Positions 1 through 12,300 are shown, counted from the first letter of the stretch. The stretch is 64,000 nt of DNA from Terriglobia bacterium (GCA_963748015.1 CAVVHE010000009.1:384001-448000), one strand, 5' to 3'. Notes: generated by a model from the letters alone, not told the origin. Numbers and translations: made by a program.

Positions 1-3000
1 CGCGCGCCGGCACCTCGCCGACTTCGCGCGGCTGTACCACCTCGACGCCGCGGATGCCGCGGATGCGAAGACCCGCCTGGTCCACGACACGGGCAGGGGA
101 GCCGTCATCGTCAAGTTCCGCGAGGAGGTCGAGGGGATCGAGGTCTTCCGCGAGGAGCTGAGCGTCGCGATGAAGCGCGACCTGTCGCTCGTGTCCCTCT
201 CGGGCTACCTGAGCGGCGCCTCCCGCCGCGCGGGGAAGAACCTCGCGGCGTCGTACCGGCTGACGCCGAGAGCGGCGGTCGCGGCGGCCTACCAGGAGAT
301 GCAGGGGGAGACGCTCACGGCTGCGGAGCTCCTGGACCGCGGCGAGCGCCGCGGGGCCTACGCGTTCTTCGAGCTTCGGGCGAAACCGGCTTCGGGGGCC
401 ACTCTGACCGGAACGGCACGCGTCAAGAAGGTGCTGTTCCACCTGCCCGGGCAGTTCGTGCCCTCCTGGTACGTCGAGCTCGACGTGCGGCCGGACAGCG
501 CGACCGACGGCGAGCTGAACTCCTTCGTGATCTCGGCCGGGAACGGCGAGGTCCTGTTCCGCAACGACCTCGTCGCGTCCGAGGCTTACGGCTACCGTGT
601 CTGGGCGGACACCTCGAGCCCCAACGTCCCGTTCGACGGGCCGCAGGGAACGGCGGGAACACCGCACCCGACGGGGACGCTCGACGGGTACCAGGCGCCT
701 TTCGTGGCCCCCAATCTCGTGACCCTCCAGAACGGGCCGATCTCCACGAACGATCCCTGGCTTCCCCCCGGAAGCGTCGAGACGGTCGGGAACAATGCGG
801 ACGCCTATGCCGACCTTGTCGCGCCGGACGGACTCGGGAGCGGCGACTACCGCGCCTCGACGACGGCGGCGGGGACCTTCGACAGGACGTACAACACGAC
901 CCTGCCGCCGAACGCCAGTCAGAGCCAGATCATGGCGGCCACGACGCAGCTCTTCTACGACATCAACTTCCTGCACGACTGGTTCTACGACTCCGGCTTC
1001 GACGAGGCGTCCGGAAACGCCCAGCAGAGCAACTACGGCCGCGGCGGGCTCGAGAACGACCGGCTTCGCGCGGAGGCGCAGGACTACGGCGGGACGAACA
1101 ACGCCAACATGGCGACCCCCGCGGACGGCGGGAGCCCCCGCATGCAGATGTACGTCTGGACCGCGAACACGGCGCGCTTCGTCACCGCGACGCCCCCCGG
1201 CGGGACCTACGCGAGCGGCACGGCGGCGTTCGGGCCGCAGTCGTTCGACACGACGGGATCGGTCATCATCGTCAACGACGGCACGGTCCCCACCAGCGAC
1301 GCGTGCTCCGCGATCCAGAACAACATCTCCGGCAAGATCGCGTTCGTCGACCGCGGTACCTGCTCGTACAAGCAGAAGGCGGTCAACGCGCAGGCCGCCG
1401 GGGCGATCGGCGTCATCATCGCCAACAACGTCTCCGGCTCGGCGCCCAGCATGGCCGACGGCTCCCCCCGACGACCGTCGTGATTCCCGCGGCCTCCGTC
1501 TCGCTGGCGGACGGCAACGCGATCCGGAGCGCCGTCCAGGGCGGCGCCGTGACCTCCCGCCTCTTCCGGGCTTCCGCGCCGAACCGCGACGGCACGATCG
1601 ACAACGCGATCGTCGCGCACGAGTGGGGGCACTACATCAGCAACCGGCTCGTCGGGAACGGCAACGGCCTCGGCAACAACCAGGGCGGCGGCTTGGGAGA
1701 GGGATGGGGCGACTTCCACTCCCTTCTGTTGGTGGTGCGGCCGGAGGACACCGCGGTCCCGTCGAACGCCACGTTCAACGGCGTCTACGCCATGGCGAGC
1801 TACGCCGTGGGCGGCGACGCCGCGCTCGGGGGCGGGAACCAGGCCTACTACTTCGGCATCCGGCGCTACCCGTACTCCACCGACTTCACGAAGAACGCGC
1901 TCACCTTCAGGCACATCTCGAACGGCGAGCCGCTGCCCGCGGGAGTCCCGAGGTCGGGTACCGGCACGACGGCCAGCGCCGAGGTTCACGCCGTGGGCGA
2001 GATCTGGGCGACCATGCTGTGGGAATGCTACGCGTCGCTCCTTCGCGACACGCTCGGCCCGACGCCGCGCCTCACCTTCGACCAGGCCCGGCAGCGCATG
2101 CGCGACTACCTCGTCGCGGGGTACAAGCTCACCCCGGTCGATCCGACGTTCGTCGAGGCGCGGGACGCCATCCTGGCCGCGGCCGCGGCCAACGACCCGG
2201 TGGACTACGACCTCTTCTGGCAGGCCTTCGCGCGCCGCGGCATCGGCCTCCGCGCCGTAGCACCCGACCGCTACTCCCTCGACAACGTCGGCGTGGTCGA
2301 GAGCTACGCCACCGGCAACGACCTCGCGTTCGTCTCCGCGACGCTGAACGACGCGGTCTCCTCCTGCGACGCCGACGGCGCGCTCGACGACAACGAGACG
2401 GGGAATCTCACGATCACGCTCCGCAACGTCGGGAGCGGCGCGCTCGCCGCGACGTCGGCGACGGTCTCCTCGAACAACCCGTACGTCTCGTTCCCCTCGG
2501 GCACGAGCGTCGTCTTCCCGTCCTCGCAGCCGATGGACACGACGACGGCGACGATCCCGGTCCACCTCTCTCTCGCCTCCGGCATCCAGCAGCTGGACGT
2601 CGACATCGCCTTCCGGGACCTAGCACTCGCGTTCCCCGCCGACATCCTGGCGGCGCGCTCGTACCGCGGCAACACGGACGAGCTGCCGGCGACCACGAAG
2701 ACCGACGGCGTCGAGTGCGCCGCCACGCCTTGGACTCCCGGCGGCTCGCCCGCGTTCGACGCCGCCGCGGGCTGGCGCCGGCTGGAGGTCGCCGCGCTCG
2801 ACCACCGCTGGCTCGGACCGGACCCGGGCGCCGGACCGAAGGACCAGTTCCTCGTCTCGCCCCCGCTCCAGGTGAGCGCCTCGGGCAGCTTCGGCTTCTC
2901 GTTCCGCCACCGCTATTCCTTCGAGACCGACACCGCGCCGACCTACTACGACGGCGGGGTGATCGAGCTCAGCACCGACGGCGGGACGGTCTGGACCGAC

Positions 3001-3648
3001 ATCGGCGCCGCGGCGTCCCCGGGCTACAGCGGCACCGTGAGCACGTGCTGCGGCAATCCTCTCGCCGGGCGGCCGGCCTTCGTCGGCGCCAGCGGGAGCT
3101 ACCCCGCGCTGGACACCGTCACCGTCAATCTCGGGACGGCTCACCAGGGGGCCACGGTGCAAGTGCGGTTCCGTGTCGGGGCCGACGAGGCCAGCGGCGG
3201 CGCGGGCTGGGAGGTGGACGACATCGCTTTCTCGGGGATCGACAACTCCCCGTTCTGCACCCTCGTCGTCGACGCGGGGCTGTGTCTCCACCCGGGCGGC
3301 GTGCCGGAGGTCGCGGCGAGCGGTGCTCCGCTTCTCGTGGACAAGAACGCGGGGGATCCCTCGCTCATCGACCTCTCGTGGGGCGCCTCCTGCGGCAGCG
3401 ACGTCGGCGCCTACGCCGTTTACGAGGGAGCGCTCGGCGCGTACTACGGCGAGGTCCCGCTGGGCTGCGCCGTCTCGGGCACCTCGCTCGCCGGGCAGGT
3501 TCCCGGAGCGGGCTCGCGCTACTACCTCGTCGCGCCGCTGTCGTCGCTCGGTAACAAGGAAGGAAGCCACGGTCTGGCCACGAGCGGCGAGCGGCCCCTG
3601 AGCCCGTCCTCGTGCCGGGCGGTGCTCGACACGCAGTCCTGCTTCTGA
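1..3648 (+). CDS. Secreted M36 (fungalysin-family) metalloprotease with PA domain and C-terminal beta-rich domains; 5' partial, one frameshift
   Basis: ORFs 170-1483 and 1303-3648 join if one C is added to the C6 run at 1464-1469 (GSPP-TTVVIP). Motifs: GFDEASGNAQ, NNANMATPADG..PRMQMY, PA domain (DRGTC..K..NAQAAGA), HEWGH zinc motif, GLGEGWGD, EVHAVGEIWA. Confidence 0.9.
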   Translation, partial: RAPAPRRLRAAVPPRRRGCRGCEDPPGPRHGQGSRHRQVPRGGRGDRGLPRGAERRDEARPVARVPLGLPERRLPPRGEEPRGVVPADAESGGRGGLPGDAGGDAHGCGAPGPRRAPRGLRVLRASGETGFGGHSDRNGTRQEGAVPPARAVRALLVRRARRAAGQRDRRRAELLRDLGRERRGPVPQRPRRVRGLRLPCLGGHLEPQRPVRRAAGNGGNTAPDGDARRVPGAFRGPQSRDPPERADLHERSLASPRKRRDGREQCGRLCRPCRAGRTRERRLPRLDDGGGDLRQDVQHDPAAERQSEPDHGGHDAALLRHQLPARLVLRLRLRRGVRKRPAEQLRPRRARERPASRGGAGLRRDEQRQHGDPRGRREPPHADVRLDREHGALRHRDAPRRDLRERHGGVRAAVVRHDGIGHHRQRRHGPHQRRVLRDPEQHLRQDRVRRPRYLLVQAEGGQRAGRRGDRRHHRQQRLRLGAQHGRRLPPTTVVIPAASVSLADGNAIRSAVQGGAVTSRLFRASAPNRDGTIDNAIVAHEWGHYISNRLVGNGNGLGNNQGGGLGEGWGDFHSLLLVVRPEDTAVPSNATFNGVYAMASYAVGGDAALGGGNQAYYFGIRRYPYSTDFTKNALTFRHISNGEPLPAGVPRSGTGTTASAEVHAVGEIWATMLWECYASLLRDTLGPTPRLTFDQARQRMRDYLVAGYKLTPVDPTFVEARDAILAAAAANDPVDYDLFWQAFARRGIGLRAVAPDRYSLDNVGVVESYATGNDLAFVSATLNDAVSSCDADGALDDNETGNLTITLRNVGSGALAATSATVSSNNPYVSFPSGTSVVFPSSQPMDTTTATIPVHLSLASGIQQLDVDIAFRDLALAFPADILAARSYRGNTDELPATTKTDGVECAATPWTPGGSPAFDAAAGWRRLEVAALDHRWLGPDPGAGPKDQFLVSPPLQVSASGSFGFSFRHRYSFETDTAPTYYDGGVIELSTDGGTVWTDIGAAASPGYSGTVSTCCGNPLAGRPAFVGASGSYPALDTVTVNLGTAHQGATVQVRFRVGADEASGGAGWEVDDIAFSGIDNSPFCTLVVDAGLCLHPGGVPEVAASGAPLLVDKNAGDPSLIDLSWGASCGSDVGAYAVYEGALGAYYGEVPLGCAVSGTSLAGQVPGAGSRYYLVAPLSSLGNKEGSHGLATSGERPLSPSSCRAVLDTQSCF

Positions 3649-3809
3649 CCGCCGCCGATCTCGAATTCGTAAGTAATTGAGTCGGCTCCGGATCGGGGCG
3701 GCGGAGCGGGCGTTTGCCCACCCCGCGACCTTCCGCAAGCGGCCCGGTTGACCCCGCGCTTTCCGGACCCGATATTCGATGGGGTCGGGAACTTCCCGGG
3801 GTGGGCGAG

Positions 3810-6302
3810 ATGCGCGAGGACGAAACGCCGGCGGGCACGGACGCCGCCGCGCAGGATGCCGCGAAGCGGGCGCTTCACGAGGTGAGGCGCTACCTGGCGG
3901 ACGAGATCGCGCCGATGATGGCGGCGGATTCCGTCGGCATGCTCCTGAGGCTGCCGCCGGAGCACGGCGCCGCGATCGTCCGCGAGTGGCTCGAGGCTCA
4001 ACTCTCCTCGCCGAACCGCGCCGCGACGGTCTCGAGCTATCTCTACCATTCCGTGAAGAAGCTCCACCATCTCGCCGAGCTCGGCCTCGTGGAGCGAAAG
4101 GGGATGGACCGCTACGTCGCCGGCCTGTCCCGCTTCCTCGTCAGGCTGTGTCCCGAGGGCGAGCAGACCGATCTCCGTCTCAAGCTCAGCAGGATCTCAG
4201 AAGCCGAGACGACGCTATCGGCCCCCGTGAGGCTGCTGAACCGGGAGAGGGGAAGCGCGGCGTCCGAGCAGAAGATCCGCCAGGCCCTCGAGCACCAGAA
4301 GCAGGAGGAAGAGCGCCGGCAGGAAAGACGGCCTCCCGCGAGCCCGCGCCTGGTGCTGCTCCAGGGGCGGCTCGCGGCCCTGCACCCGGCCGGCGCCGAG
4401 GCTTCCCAGAACGAGGAGACCCGGGAGCTCGTGGCTCGACTCGTGACGAAGGCCGCGGCGGAGGCCCGCGCCCCCGGGGACCTCGAGAACGCGCTCGGCA
4501 AGCTGCGAGACATGGGAGTGGACCCCACCCTCGACCGGCGCATGTTCCGTCTGCTCGGCGGCCGCATTCCCGAATGGGAAGTGGATATCGAGAAGGCGAG
4601 TCCGGGAGCACGCCCGGCGATGGGCCGGCTGCTCCAGGCGATGCACCGCATGGTCGAGACCGCCGGCACGCGGGAAGAGGGGATCCAGCGCTTCAGCGAG
4701 ATGGTCTACGCGGCCATCGAGCAATTCAACGAGGGGCACCTCTCCCAGGCGGTCTCGATGCTCGATCTCGCGCAGCGGCTGGTCGAGGAAAAGAAGGTGG
4801 ACGGCGAGATGGCCCGCATCGTCCGGGCGCGGGCGCAGAGCTCGGTGTCCCTCGGACCGCTTCGCCAGTTCGCCTCGACGGCCACCAAGCACGGCCTGCT
4901 GAGGAGGGTGCTGTCTTTCTTTCCTGTGTTCACCCCCGAGAGCCTGCTCGAGCGCCTCGATGGCGAGCCGAAGCGGGAGACCCGCAAGCTGATGCTGTCC
5001 CTCGTCGAGGTCCACGGCACGCCCTGCCGGCCCACGGTGCTCGAACGGCTCGCGGGCTACCTGTCCGGGACGATCCCCGATCCCGACGGTTATTTCAGCC
5101 GGAACGTCGTGTTCCTCCTTCGCCGGATCCCCCGTGGAGCGCAGGACGATCCGATGCGCGAGCTCCAGCTCCTGGCCGAGTTCAGCCGGGCGGAGCGCCC
5201 CTTCATGGTGACCAAGGAGGCCGTCGGCGCGCTGGCCAACCTGAGCCTGCCGCAAGTGGACCGGGTCCTTGCGCAGCGCCTCGCGGACTTCGAGCTCTAT
5301 GCGGTACAGGGGGGCTCGGACTACACGGGCGAGGAGATGCTCGAGATCCTGGACAGGACGTGCGCGGCGCTGGCCAGGCGCGGCACGCGGGACGCGGTGT
5401 GCGCCCTCGTGGCCCACGCGCGCCGCCAGGAGCCGCAGCTCGGCGACACGGTGGGGCGATTGAGGCACCTCTCGGCGTGCGATCTCACCGGGAGCGACCA
5501 GCTCCAGGCTCTCCTCGACCGGCTCGCGAAGTCGCTCCCCGCGCGGCTCCTCGGGGTCGTCCTCGGGCGTCGCGACCCGGAGTCGACTGCCTTGGTGCAG
5601 GCTCTCTCCGGCACGCCGGAGCCCGGCGTGCGCCGCCTCTTCGAGGAGATCGTCGAGCGGTACCCGGGGCGGGAGTTCGCCAACGCGGCGCGCGAGGCGC
5701 TCGCGAAGTTCCGCTCGGGGCCCCAGCCTGAGGCGCAGGCCGCGGAGGGGATCTCCGGCGACCTGGAGCTGTTCGGCCTTCCCACGCTCCTCCAGTCGCT
5801 GGCCGACTCGCGTCAGACCGGCCGCCTCGTGATCTCCGAGCGGAACGGGCACGATCGCGCCGTGATGGTGTTCCACGACGGCAAGATCGCGGGATGCGAG
5901 GAGGGGCAGCTCCGCGGGATGGACGCAGCGTGCCAGCTGATCGAGCGCCCCCGGCCGGGGAACTTCCGCTTCGAGAAGGCGGGGCCGGGCGAGATCGCTC
6001 CCCGGGGCGACACGATGGACGTGCTGCCGCTCCTCCTCGAGGCGATCCGCCGGCACGACGAGTTCCAGGAGGACCGCGCGCTCGCCCCGGACGGGGCGTC
6101 GCTAGTACCGACCGGCGCGGCGCCGTCCGTTCCCGAGGACGAGGGCGACCGCGACCTGGTGCAGGCGGTGTGGCGAGAGGCGGCGCGCGGCACCGCCCCC
6201 GAGAGCTGCGAAGGCCTGGTGCGGAGGGACGCCTACCGCGTCCGACGACTCTACGCCCACTGGCTGGAGAGCGGCGCGCTCAAGCACCGCCCCGCGGCGT
6301 AG
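3810..6302 (+). CDS. Large alpha-helical (HEAT-like) protein with C-terminal DUF4388/PATAN-like domain
   Basis: Long ORF (3714-6302), likely ATG at 3810; C-terminal ISGDLELFGLPTLLQSL..SRQTGRL..G.F.F..LLLEAIRRHDE resembles DUF4388. Confidence 0.7.
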   Translation: MREDETPAGTDAAAQDAAKRALHEVRRYLADEIAPMMAADSVGMLLRLPPEHGAAIVREWLEAQLSSPNRAATVSSYLYHSVKKLHHLAELGLVERKGMDRYVAGLSRFLVRLCPEGEQTDLRLKLSRISEAETTLSAPVRLLNRERGSAASEQKIRQALEHQKQEEERRQERRPPASPRLVLLQGRLAALHPAGAEASQNEETRELVARLVTKAAAEARAPGDLENALGKLRDMGVDPTLDRRMFRLLGGRIPEWEVDIEKASPGARPAMGRLLQAMHRMVETAGTREEGIQRFSEMVYAAIEQFNEGHLSQAVSMLDLAQRLVEEKKVDGEMARIVRARAQSSVSLGPLRQFASTATKHGLLRRVLSFFPVFTPESLLERLDGEPKRETRKLMLSLVEVHGTPCRPTVLERLAGYLSGTIPDPDGYFSRNVVFLLRRIPRGAQDDPMRELQLLAEFSRAERPFMVTKEAVGALANLSLPQVDRVLAQRLADFELYAVQGGSDYTGEEMLEILDRTCAALARRGTRDAVCALVAHARRQEPQLGDTVGRLRHLSACDLTGSDQLQALLDRLAKSLPARLLGVVLGRRDPESTALVQALSGTPEPGVRRLFEEIVERYPGREFANAAREALAKFRSGPQPEAQAAEGISGDLELFGLPTLLQSLADSRQTGRLVISERNGHDRAVMVFHDGKIAGCEEGQLRGMDAACQLIERPRPGNFRFEKAGPGEIAPRGDTMDVLPLLLEAIRRHDEFQEDRALAPDGASLVPTGAAPSVPEDEGDRDLVQAVWREAARGTAPESCEGLVRRDAYRVRRLYAHWLESGALKHRPAA

Positions 6303-6314
6303 GCGGCGTGCCGG

Positions 6315-9300
6315 TCAGAAGCTCTGGCCGATCGTGAAGACGAATTCCCCCGCCGACTCGTTCTTCTGCGGATCGAGCTTCCATCCGTACTCGACCCTCA
6401 CCGGGCCGACCGGCGTGTCGAAGCGGACTCCGGTCCCGAGGGAGTTGCGGAACCGGCTCAGGCGGATCTCGCCGGGCGTCGGGAACACGCTCCCGGAATC
6501 CCAGAACAGGATCGCCGAGGCGCCACCCCAGACCGGCCGCCGCAGCTCGTTGTTGAGGATGATGACGGCCTCGCCTCCGAGCGGGATCAGGGTGTCGTGC
6601 TGCAGGGTTCCCTTGTCCACGATCACCTCGTTGCCGGACTCGTCCACGGTGGTCTCGGTCTCGACGTAGCCGAGACGGTCCTGCGGAAAGCCGCGGAAAG
6701 TCGAATCCCCGCCGGCGAAGTACCGCACCTGCAGTGGAAGCGGGATCCCCGAGCCGAGACGCGAGGCGACACCGACCTTCAGCGCGGAGATGCCGGTGAG
6801 GCTCGCCGTGAGGGGACTGGCGGCGCTTCCCTGGAGGAACAGCATCGAAAAGCGCTGCTGCGAGCCCAGGAGCTCCGAGAACCACCTGAGGTCCGCGCTC
6901 GCGTAGGTTCCGCGTTTCGTGTTGAGGGGGTTGTCCCGCCGGTCGCGGGCGATCGAGTATCCCAGGCTGGCCAGGCGAATCTTTCCGAGATCGAGCCGCG
7001 GCTCCGAGGCGTGTATCTCTTCCTCCGACGCGCTGAGATCGTAGACATCGGAGTAGCTGGTGGCGTAGCGGACGATGTGGGTCAGGTCCTCCGCCGTCTT
7101 CCGCTCGAGGGCCGCCGAGGCCCCCGTGCCTTGCTGGGTGAACGAGTCGCGTTCCTCGATCAGGTGGCCCGCGCTCAGGATCGGCATCCACCCGCGCACC
7201 AACCGGGGAGCCCGGAACGTCAACTGCTCGCGCTGGACCTTACCACCGAGGACGACCGACAGCCCCGAGTACCAACCCGTTCCGCGCAGGTTGGCGTCGG
7301 CCACTTCCGCGTGGATCCTCGGGCCGTTGTACGTGTCGTAGCCGACGCCCGTGCCGAGGATCAGGTCGTCCGCCTCGCGCACGGCGATCTTGAGCGTCTG
7401 GCCGCCCGCCGGGCCGGGCGAGTCCGCCCACGAGAGACGCACCTCGCTGAAGAGCCCCGTCCGGGAGAGGTCGGTCTGGAGCTTCTGGACCTTCTCCCGG
7501 CTCAGGGCATCCCCCTCGGAGAGAGGGACGAGCCGCCGGATGACCTTCGAGTGCGTGACGAGGTTCCCCTCGATCTCGACGTCGCGAAGGACCTTCCGCT
7601 CCCCCTCGACGATGTCGTAGGCCAGGTCCACCTTCTCGCCGTCGGTGCGAAGGTCCTCGACCACGCGCGCGTCGAGATACCCGTCCGAATCGTAGAGCGC
7701 GCGAAGGCTCGCGAGGTCCTCGTAGACCGTCACGGCGTCGAAGGGCTCGCCGACGCGGCTCCTGACGATCGCCCTCACCCGATCGTCCCCCATCGCCCGG
7801 TTGCCGCGGACCTCGACCGACCGAACGTCCGCCCGCGGCCCCTCGGTCACCGTGATCTCGACGTTGGCATCGCGGCCGTCCGGAGAGAGCGATACCCTCC
7901 AGGTCGCGTCCGCCGCGAGGAACCCGCGGCTCCGGTAGAGGCTCTCCACGGCGGCGACGTCGGCCTCCAGGACGTCGGGCTTCAGCACGTCGCGCCGGAA
8001 ACGGGTCTCCCTCCCCACGAGCACGTGCGTCCGGATCTCGGGTTCCGGAATCGCCGTCGCTCCCGCGATCGAGAGGCTCGCCACCCGGACCTTCTCGCCG
8101 CGGTCCACGCGAACCATGACCTTCCGCTTCGACGGTCCCTGCTCGACCGCGACCTTGGCGTCGGCGTTGAAGTACCCCTCGTCCCGAAGCGCGATCCGGA
8201 TCCTCTCCGGCGCCTCCTCCTCGACGTCCGTGCCGGACGCGGCGGGCTCGAGCCACAGCACGTCGAGGAGCTGGCGGATCGCCTTCGCCGAGTCGCCCGC
8301 GCCCTCGATGACCAACTCCACTGGATATCCGCGCTCGATGGCGTACTCGACGTCGACGAAGCCGTCCCGCGGGCGCGTCGTGGAGGCGATGACCGAGGCC
8401 TCGAGGAAGCCGTTCTTGACGTAGTGCTTCTTGAGCTTGAGGGTTCCCTCGACGAGGTCCCTTCGGTTGAACGATCCGCCCTGGCGGAGGGGAACGATCC
8501 GCGCGAGCCTCGCCGGGTCCTCGACGGGGTTCCCGACGAACCGCACTTCCGAGACTTTCTCTCCCGCCACCGGCGCGGCTCCGGCCGCCTCGCGGCGCTG
8601 CTTGCGGGCGTGGGGCGACCACGTGCGCGCGGAATAGCGCGCCTGGCCGCCCAGCGCGTCGTGCTCGCCCCTGAAAGCGGACAGCTTCACCTTCCGGTTC
8701 AGCTGGTATTCGACCTCGTACCCGGTCGTCTCCGCGGAGTTCAGCGGCACGGACGTGCGAACGAACACGCGCGGTGAGAGCCGCTTGCCCAGCGTCACCC
8801 GCGTCGTCGGGTCGCCCGTGGTCTGGTACTGGTAGGGCTCGATCCGGACCTCCTCGAATCCGAGCCAGCGCTCGAGCTGGCTCCCCACGAGGCTACGGAG
8901 CTGTCCGCCGACCAGCGTCGCCGCGCTGTCCTGGATCGTGCCGGTCCTCGTCGGCGCGTTGGGGTCCTCCATTCGCGTGCCGGTCAGCAGCAGGCTCAGG
9001 ATCTCCCTCTCGGGGATCGAGGGATTGGAGCTCAGCTCGGACTCCACGCGGTTCGCGTCGCCCCAGAGGTGCATCCTGATGTCGTACTCGCGCACCCTCG
9101 TCGAGGCGACGATGTCGAACTCGGGATTGATCCGGGGCCCGGCCGGGATGGTCACCCTCGCGTTCTCAAGGTCGTAGCGCACCTCGCCGAAGCGGAGCTC
9201 GCCTCCCTCGATCGTCTCGAAGTGCCCCTCGAACCGCGGGTGCCCGACCGTGCCGCCCACCTCGATGCGTCCTCGCGCCTCGGTGTCGGCGAGGTCGTTG

Positions 9301-12300
9301 CGGAGCCACAGGTTGTCGTTGGCCTCGATCGTCACGTCGAGGGTCGTCTTCTCCATCCCCTCGTCGGGGCGGGGCACGTCGGCCAGCGGCGCGCGGGTCC
9401 TCGCGAGGAGATTGACCCGGTCGAGCTGGAACGCGCTGCGCCAGACCCCGCGGAGGAGGTCGATCCGGCCGAAGAGGGCGGGAACCCGGCCGCGCGCCGC
9501 CTCGAAGCGGAGCTCTCCCGAGTAGACCCCACGAAACCCCTTGGGCAGCTCGAGCGTCGCGCCGGTCACCTTTCCCTCGAGCAGGAGAGAGGTCGGGGTC
9601 AATCCGTCGACCTCGACGCGACCGGTTCCGGTGAGTGCTCCTCCCGCCGCGGTCCCCGTGATTCTCTCGATGCGCACGGCGCCGGGCTCGATCGTGGCTT
9701 CCGCCTTGATCCGGTCGGCGGCGAGCAGCGTATTTCCCGCCATGCGGACGCGCCCGCCCACGAGGCGCGCCGTCCCGATGAGGTCGGGGGTCTCCGGGTT
9801 GCCGGTCGCGCGCAGGGCGATGGACAGCGTCCCCGCCGACGAAAGGCCCGGCACGAACGCCGTCAGGGCGCTCAAGTCCGCGGTCCCGTCGAGCCAGAGA
9901 TCGAGCGCCGCGCGCGACGGGGCGAGCGTGTAGCTTCCCCCGAGAGAGACGCGATTCGCTCCCGAGACCAGCGTCACGTCGTCGAAGGAAACCTGCCCGC
10001 GGGCGAGGGAGATCCGCGCCGGCCGGGGGGCGGCGAACGACTCCGCTCCCACGAGGATCCTCACGGGGTGCAGCTCCGCTTGCGCCTCGAGCACGCCGGC
10101 GTCGCCGAGAGGACCGGACCACTCGATGCTGCCCGCGATCTCTCCCCCGACGGACGCGGCGGCGACGGGGTAGGCGAACCCGAGGAGCCAGGCGACGGGA
10201 ACGCCTTCGAGGTCCGCGTGCCCGGAGGACGGGTAGGGCGCGGCGAAAGCGATCTCTCCCTCGGCGCCGGCACCCGGCCCGAGCTTCGCCCTGACGCGCG
10301 CTCGCTCGCCGTCCCCCTCGGCGGCGACCGAGAGCCCCTCGAGCGTCCGTCCCCGGAGCGAGACCTCGGGAGCGGGAGCGAGGGTCCCGCTCCACGCCAC
10401 GACTCCTCCGTGCGATTCCCCGCGCAGGGAGAGCGCGACGCGCCCCGACACCGGCAGCCCGCCCAGCCACGGGCCGGCGAGGGAGGCGTCCACGTTCGAC
10501 GCGTCCACCGAGCCGGCGTAGCTCCTGTTCGCGAGGTCGAATCTGCCGGAGGCGTTCGCATCGCCCGAGGGTCCCCGCAGGGAGAGGCGCTCGATCTCGA
10601 TGACGGAATCCTCGAGGGTCACCTCGGCGCGCCCCGTCTCGAACGCGGCCGGCCCGAATCTCGCCTCCGACAGCGAGAGCTCGGCCTTGCCCGATCGTCC
10701 CGCGGCCGAGCCTGCGATCTCGACGGGGCCGCCGAGGCGCGCCGAGGGAGAGCCCGGCGCGCCCGTGAGCGCGAGGATGTCGTCCGCGGGCCAGCGGTCG
10801 AGCGTTCCCCGAACGTGCCAGAGCCCGCCCGGCCCCTCGCGGAAACGCGCCTCCTCGACGGCGAAGGTCCCACCGTCGTTTCGCGCCACCGTGTCGCGAA
10901 GCGCGAACGCGCCTTCCTCCGCCACGAGCCGGCCGCCCAGCGTGTCCGCTCCGATCCCCGCGTACGCGACGTCTTCGAGCGCGAACGCGATCGTCCCCGA
11001 GACCGGCCGGTCCTTCTCGATCGCGAGGTCGATCGACGCCTTGCCGCGCCCCGACAGGGCAACGGCGTCGAGCGGCAGGACGCTCTCTCCCGGAGCGTGC
11101 GGGAGAATCGCGTCCAGCAGGACGGCGGATTCGGAGAGCGACTCGCTGTCGACCTCCGTGCGAAGCGCGACCGACGGCCGGTCGAGCTTCTTCTCCGCCA
11201 CGAGCGACGCGGTCGTGGCGCCGACCCGCGCCGCCGGGGCGCTCGCGGTGACGGTGAGCCCCTCGAGAGCGAACCCGCCGCTCGCTTCCGCGTCGAGGCG
11301 TCCCCGCGCCGAGGCCGTCCCGGTCGGGACGACGCGGAACGTCCCCGCGCCGCGCAGCGAGTCGAGCTCGCGCACGCGCGCCGTCAGCTCCCCCTCGAGC
11401 GAGCCGACGCCGTCGAGGCGGGTTTCGAGCCCGCCGGCCTTCAGGACCGCGGCGAGCGAGAGCCCATCGGCTCTGTATTTCGCGCGGATCCCGCCGCCCT
11501 CGCCCGCAGCGATCGTCCCCTCGGCCCGCAGCGTGCCGCCGAGCGCCTTCGCCACGAGGCTCCGGATCCTCAGGCCTCGCGGCGTGGCCGCGAAGTCCAC
11601 CTCGAGCTCCGAGGCCTCGAGCCCCTCCCGGTGGATCCGGTCGCCGCGCACGCGGCCCTCGGCCATCCAGCCGTTCGGGTCGAAGCGGAGAGTCCCGTTC
11701 CCCCGCAGGCGGCCCGATAGCGGCGACTCGAACCCGAGCAGCGACGAGACGACCGGCATCTCGGCGGCCTCGGCGACGTCGAGCGACGCGCGGACCTGCC
11801 CCGAGGTCGGCACCGCGCGAGGCTCGGGGACGTCGGCGCTCGCCTCGAGCCGCAGCAGGTTGTCGCCCCACGAGACCGAGCCGCTCGCGCGCGCGGCGCC
11901 GCCGTCGAGCGCGCCCTCGACGTGGACCTTGCCGGACCGGCTCGCGGCCGGCGTGCCGCCGCTGAGCCTCTCGGAGTCGAACGTCCCGCTCCCGTCCCCT
12001 CCGGGCCGCGAGGTCCAGGCGACCTGGACGTCCTCGGCGCGGCACCAGATCGGGATCGACCTGTCCTCGACCGACAGGACCCCGCCCGAGATCTCGAGCC
12101 GCTTCAGGCCGATTTTCATCCCGGCCTGCTCCTCGAGCGCGGCCGGGATCGGTCCCTCCCACTTCCCGCTCTCGCGCCAGAAGCTCGCCGCGGGCCGGTC
12201 GACCCTGACGCTCCGGATTTCCAGGCGCCCTCTCAGGAGGGGGAGGAGCGACACCGACGCGGTCGCGCGGGGAATCGAGAGGACGGTCTTCGTCGAGGGG

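Noticed and set aside
1464..1469. Phase variation at the poly-C run in the M36 gene
   Set aside because: The run is only 6 nt and similar indels occur in unrelated genes; assembly error is the simpler explanation.
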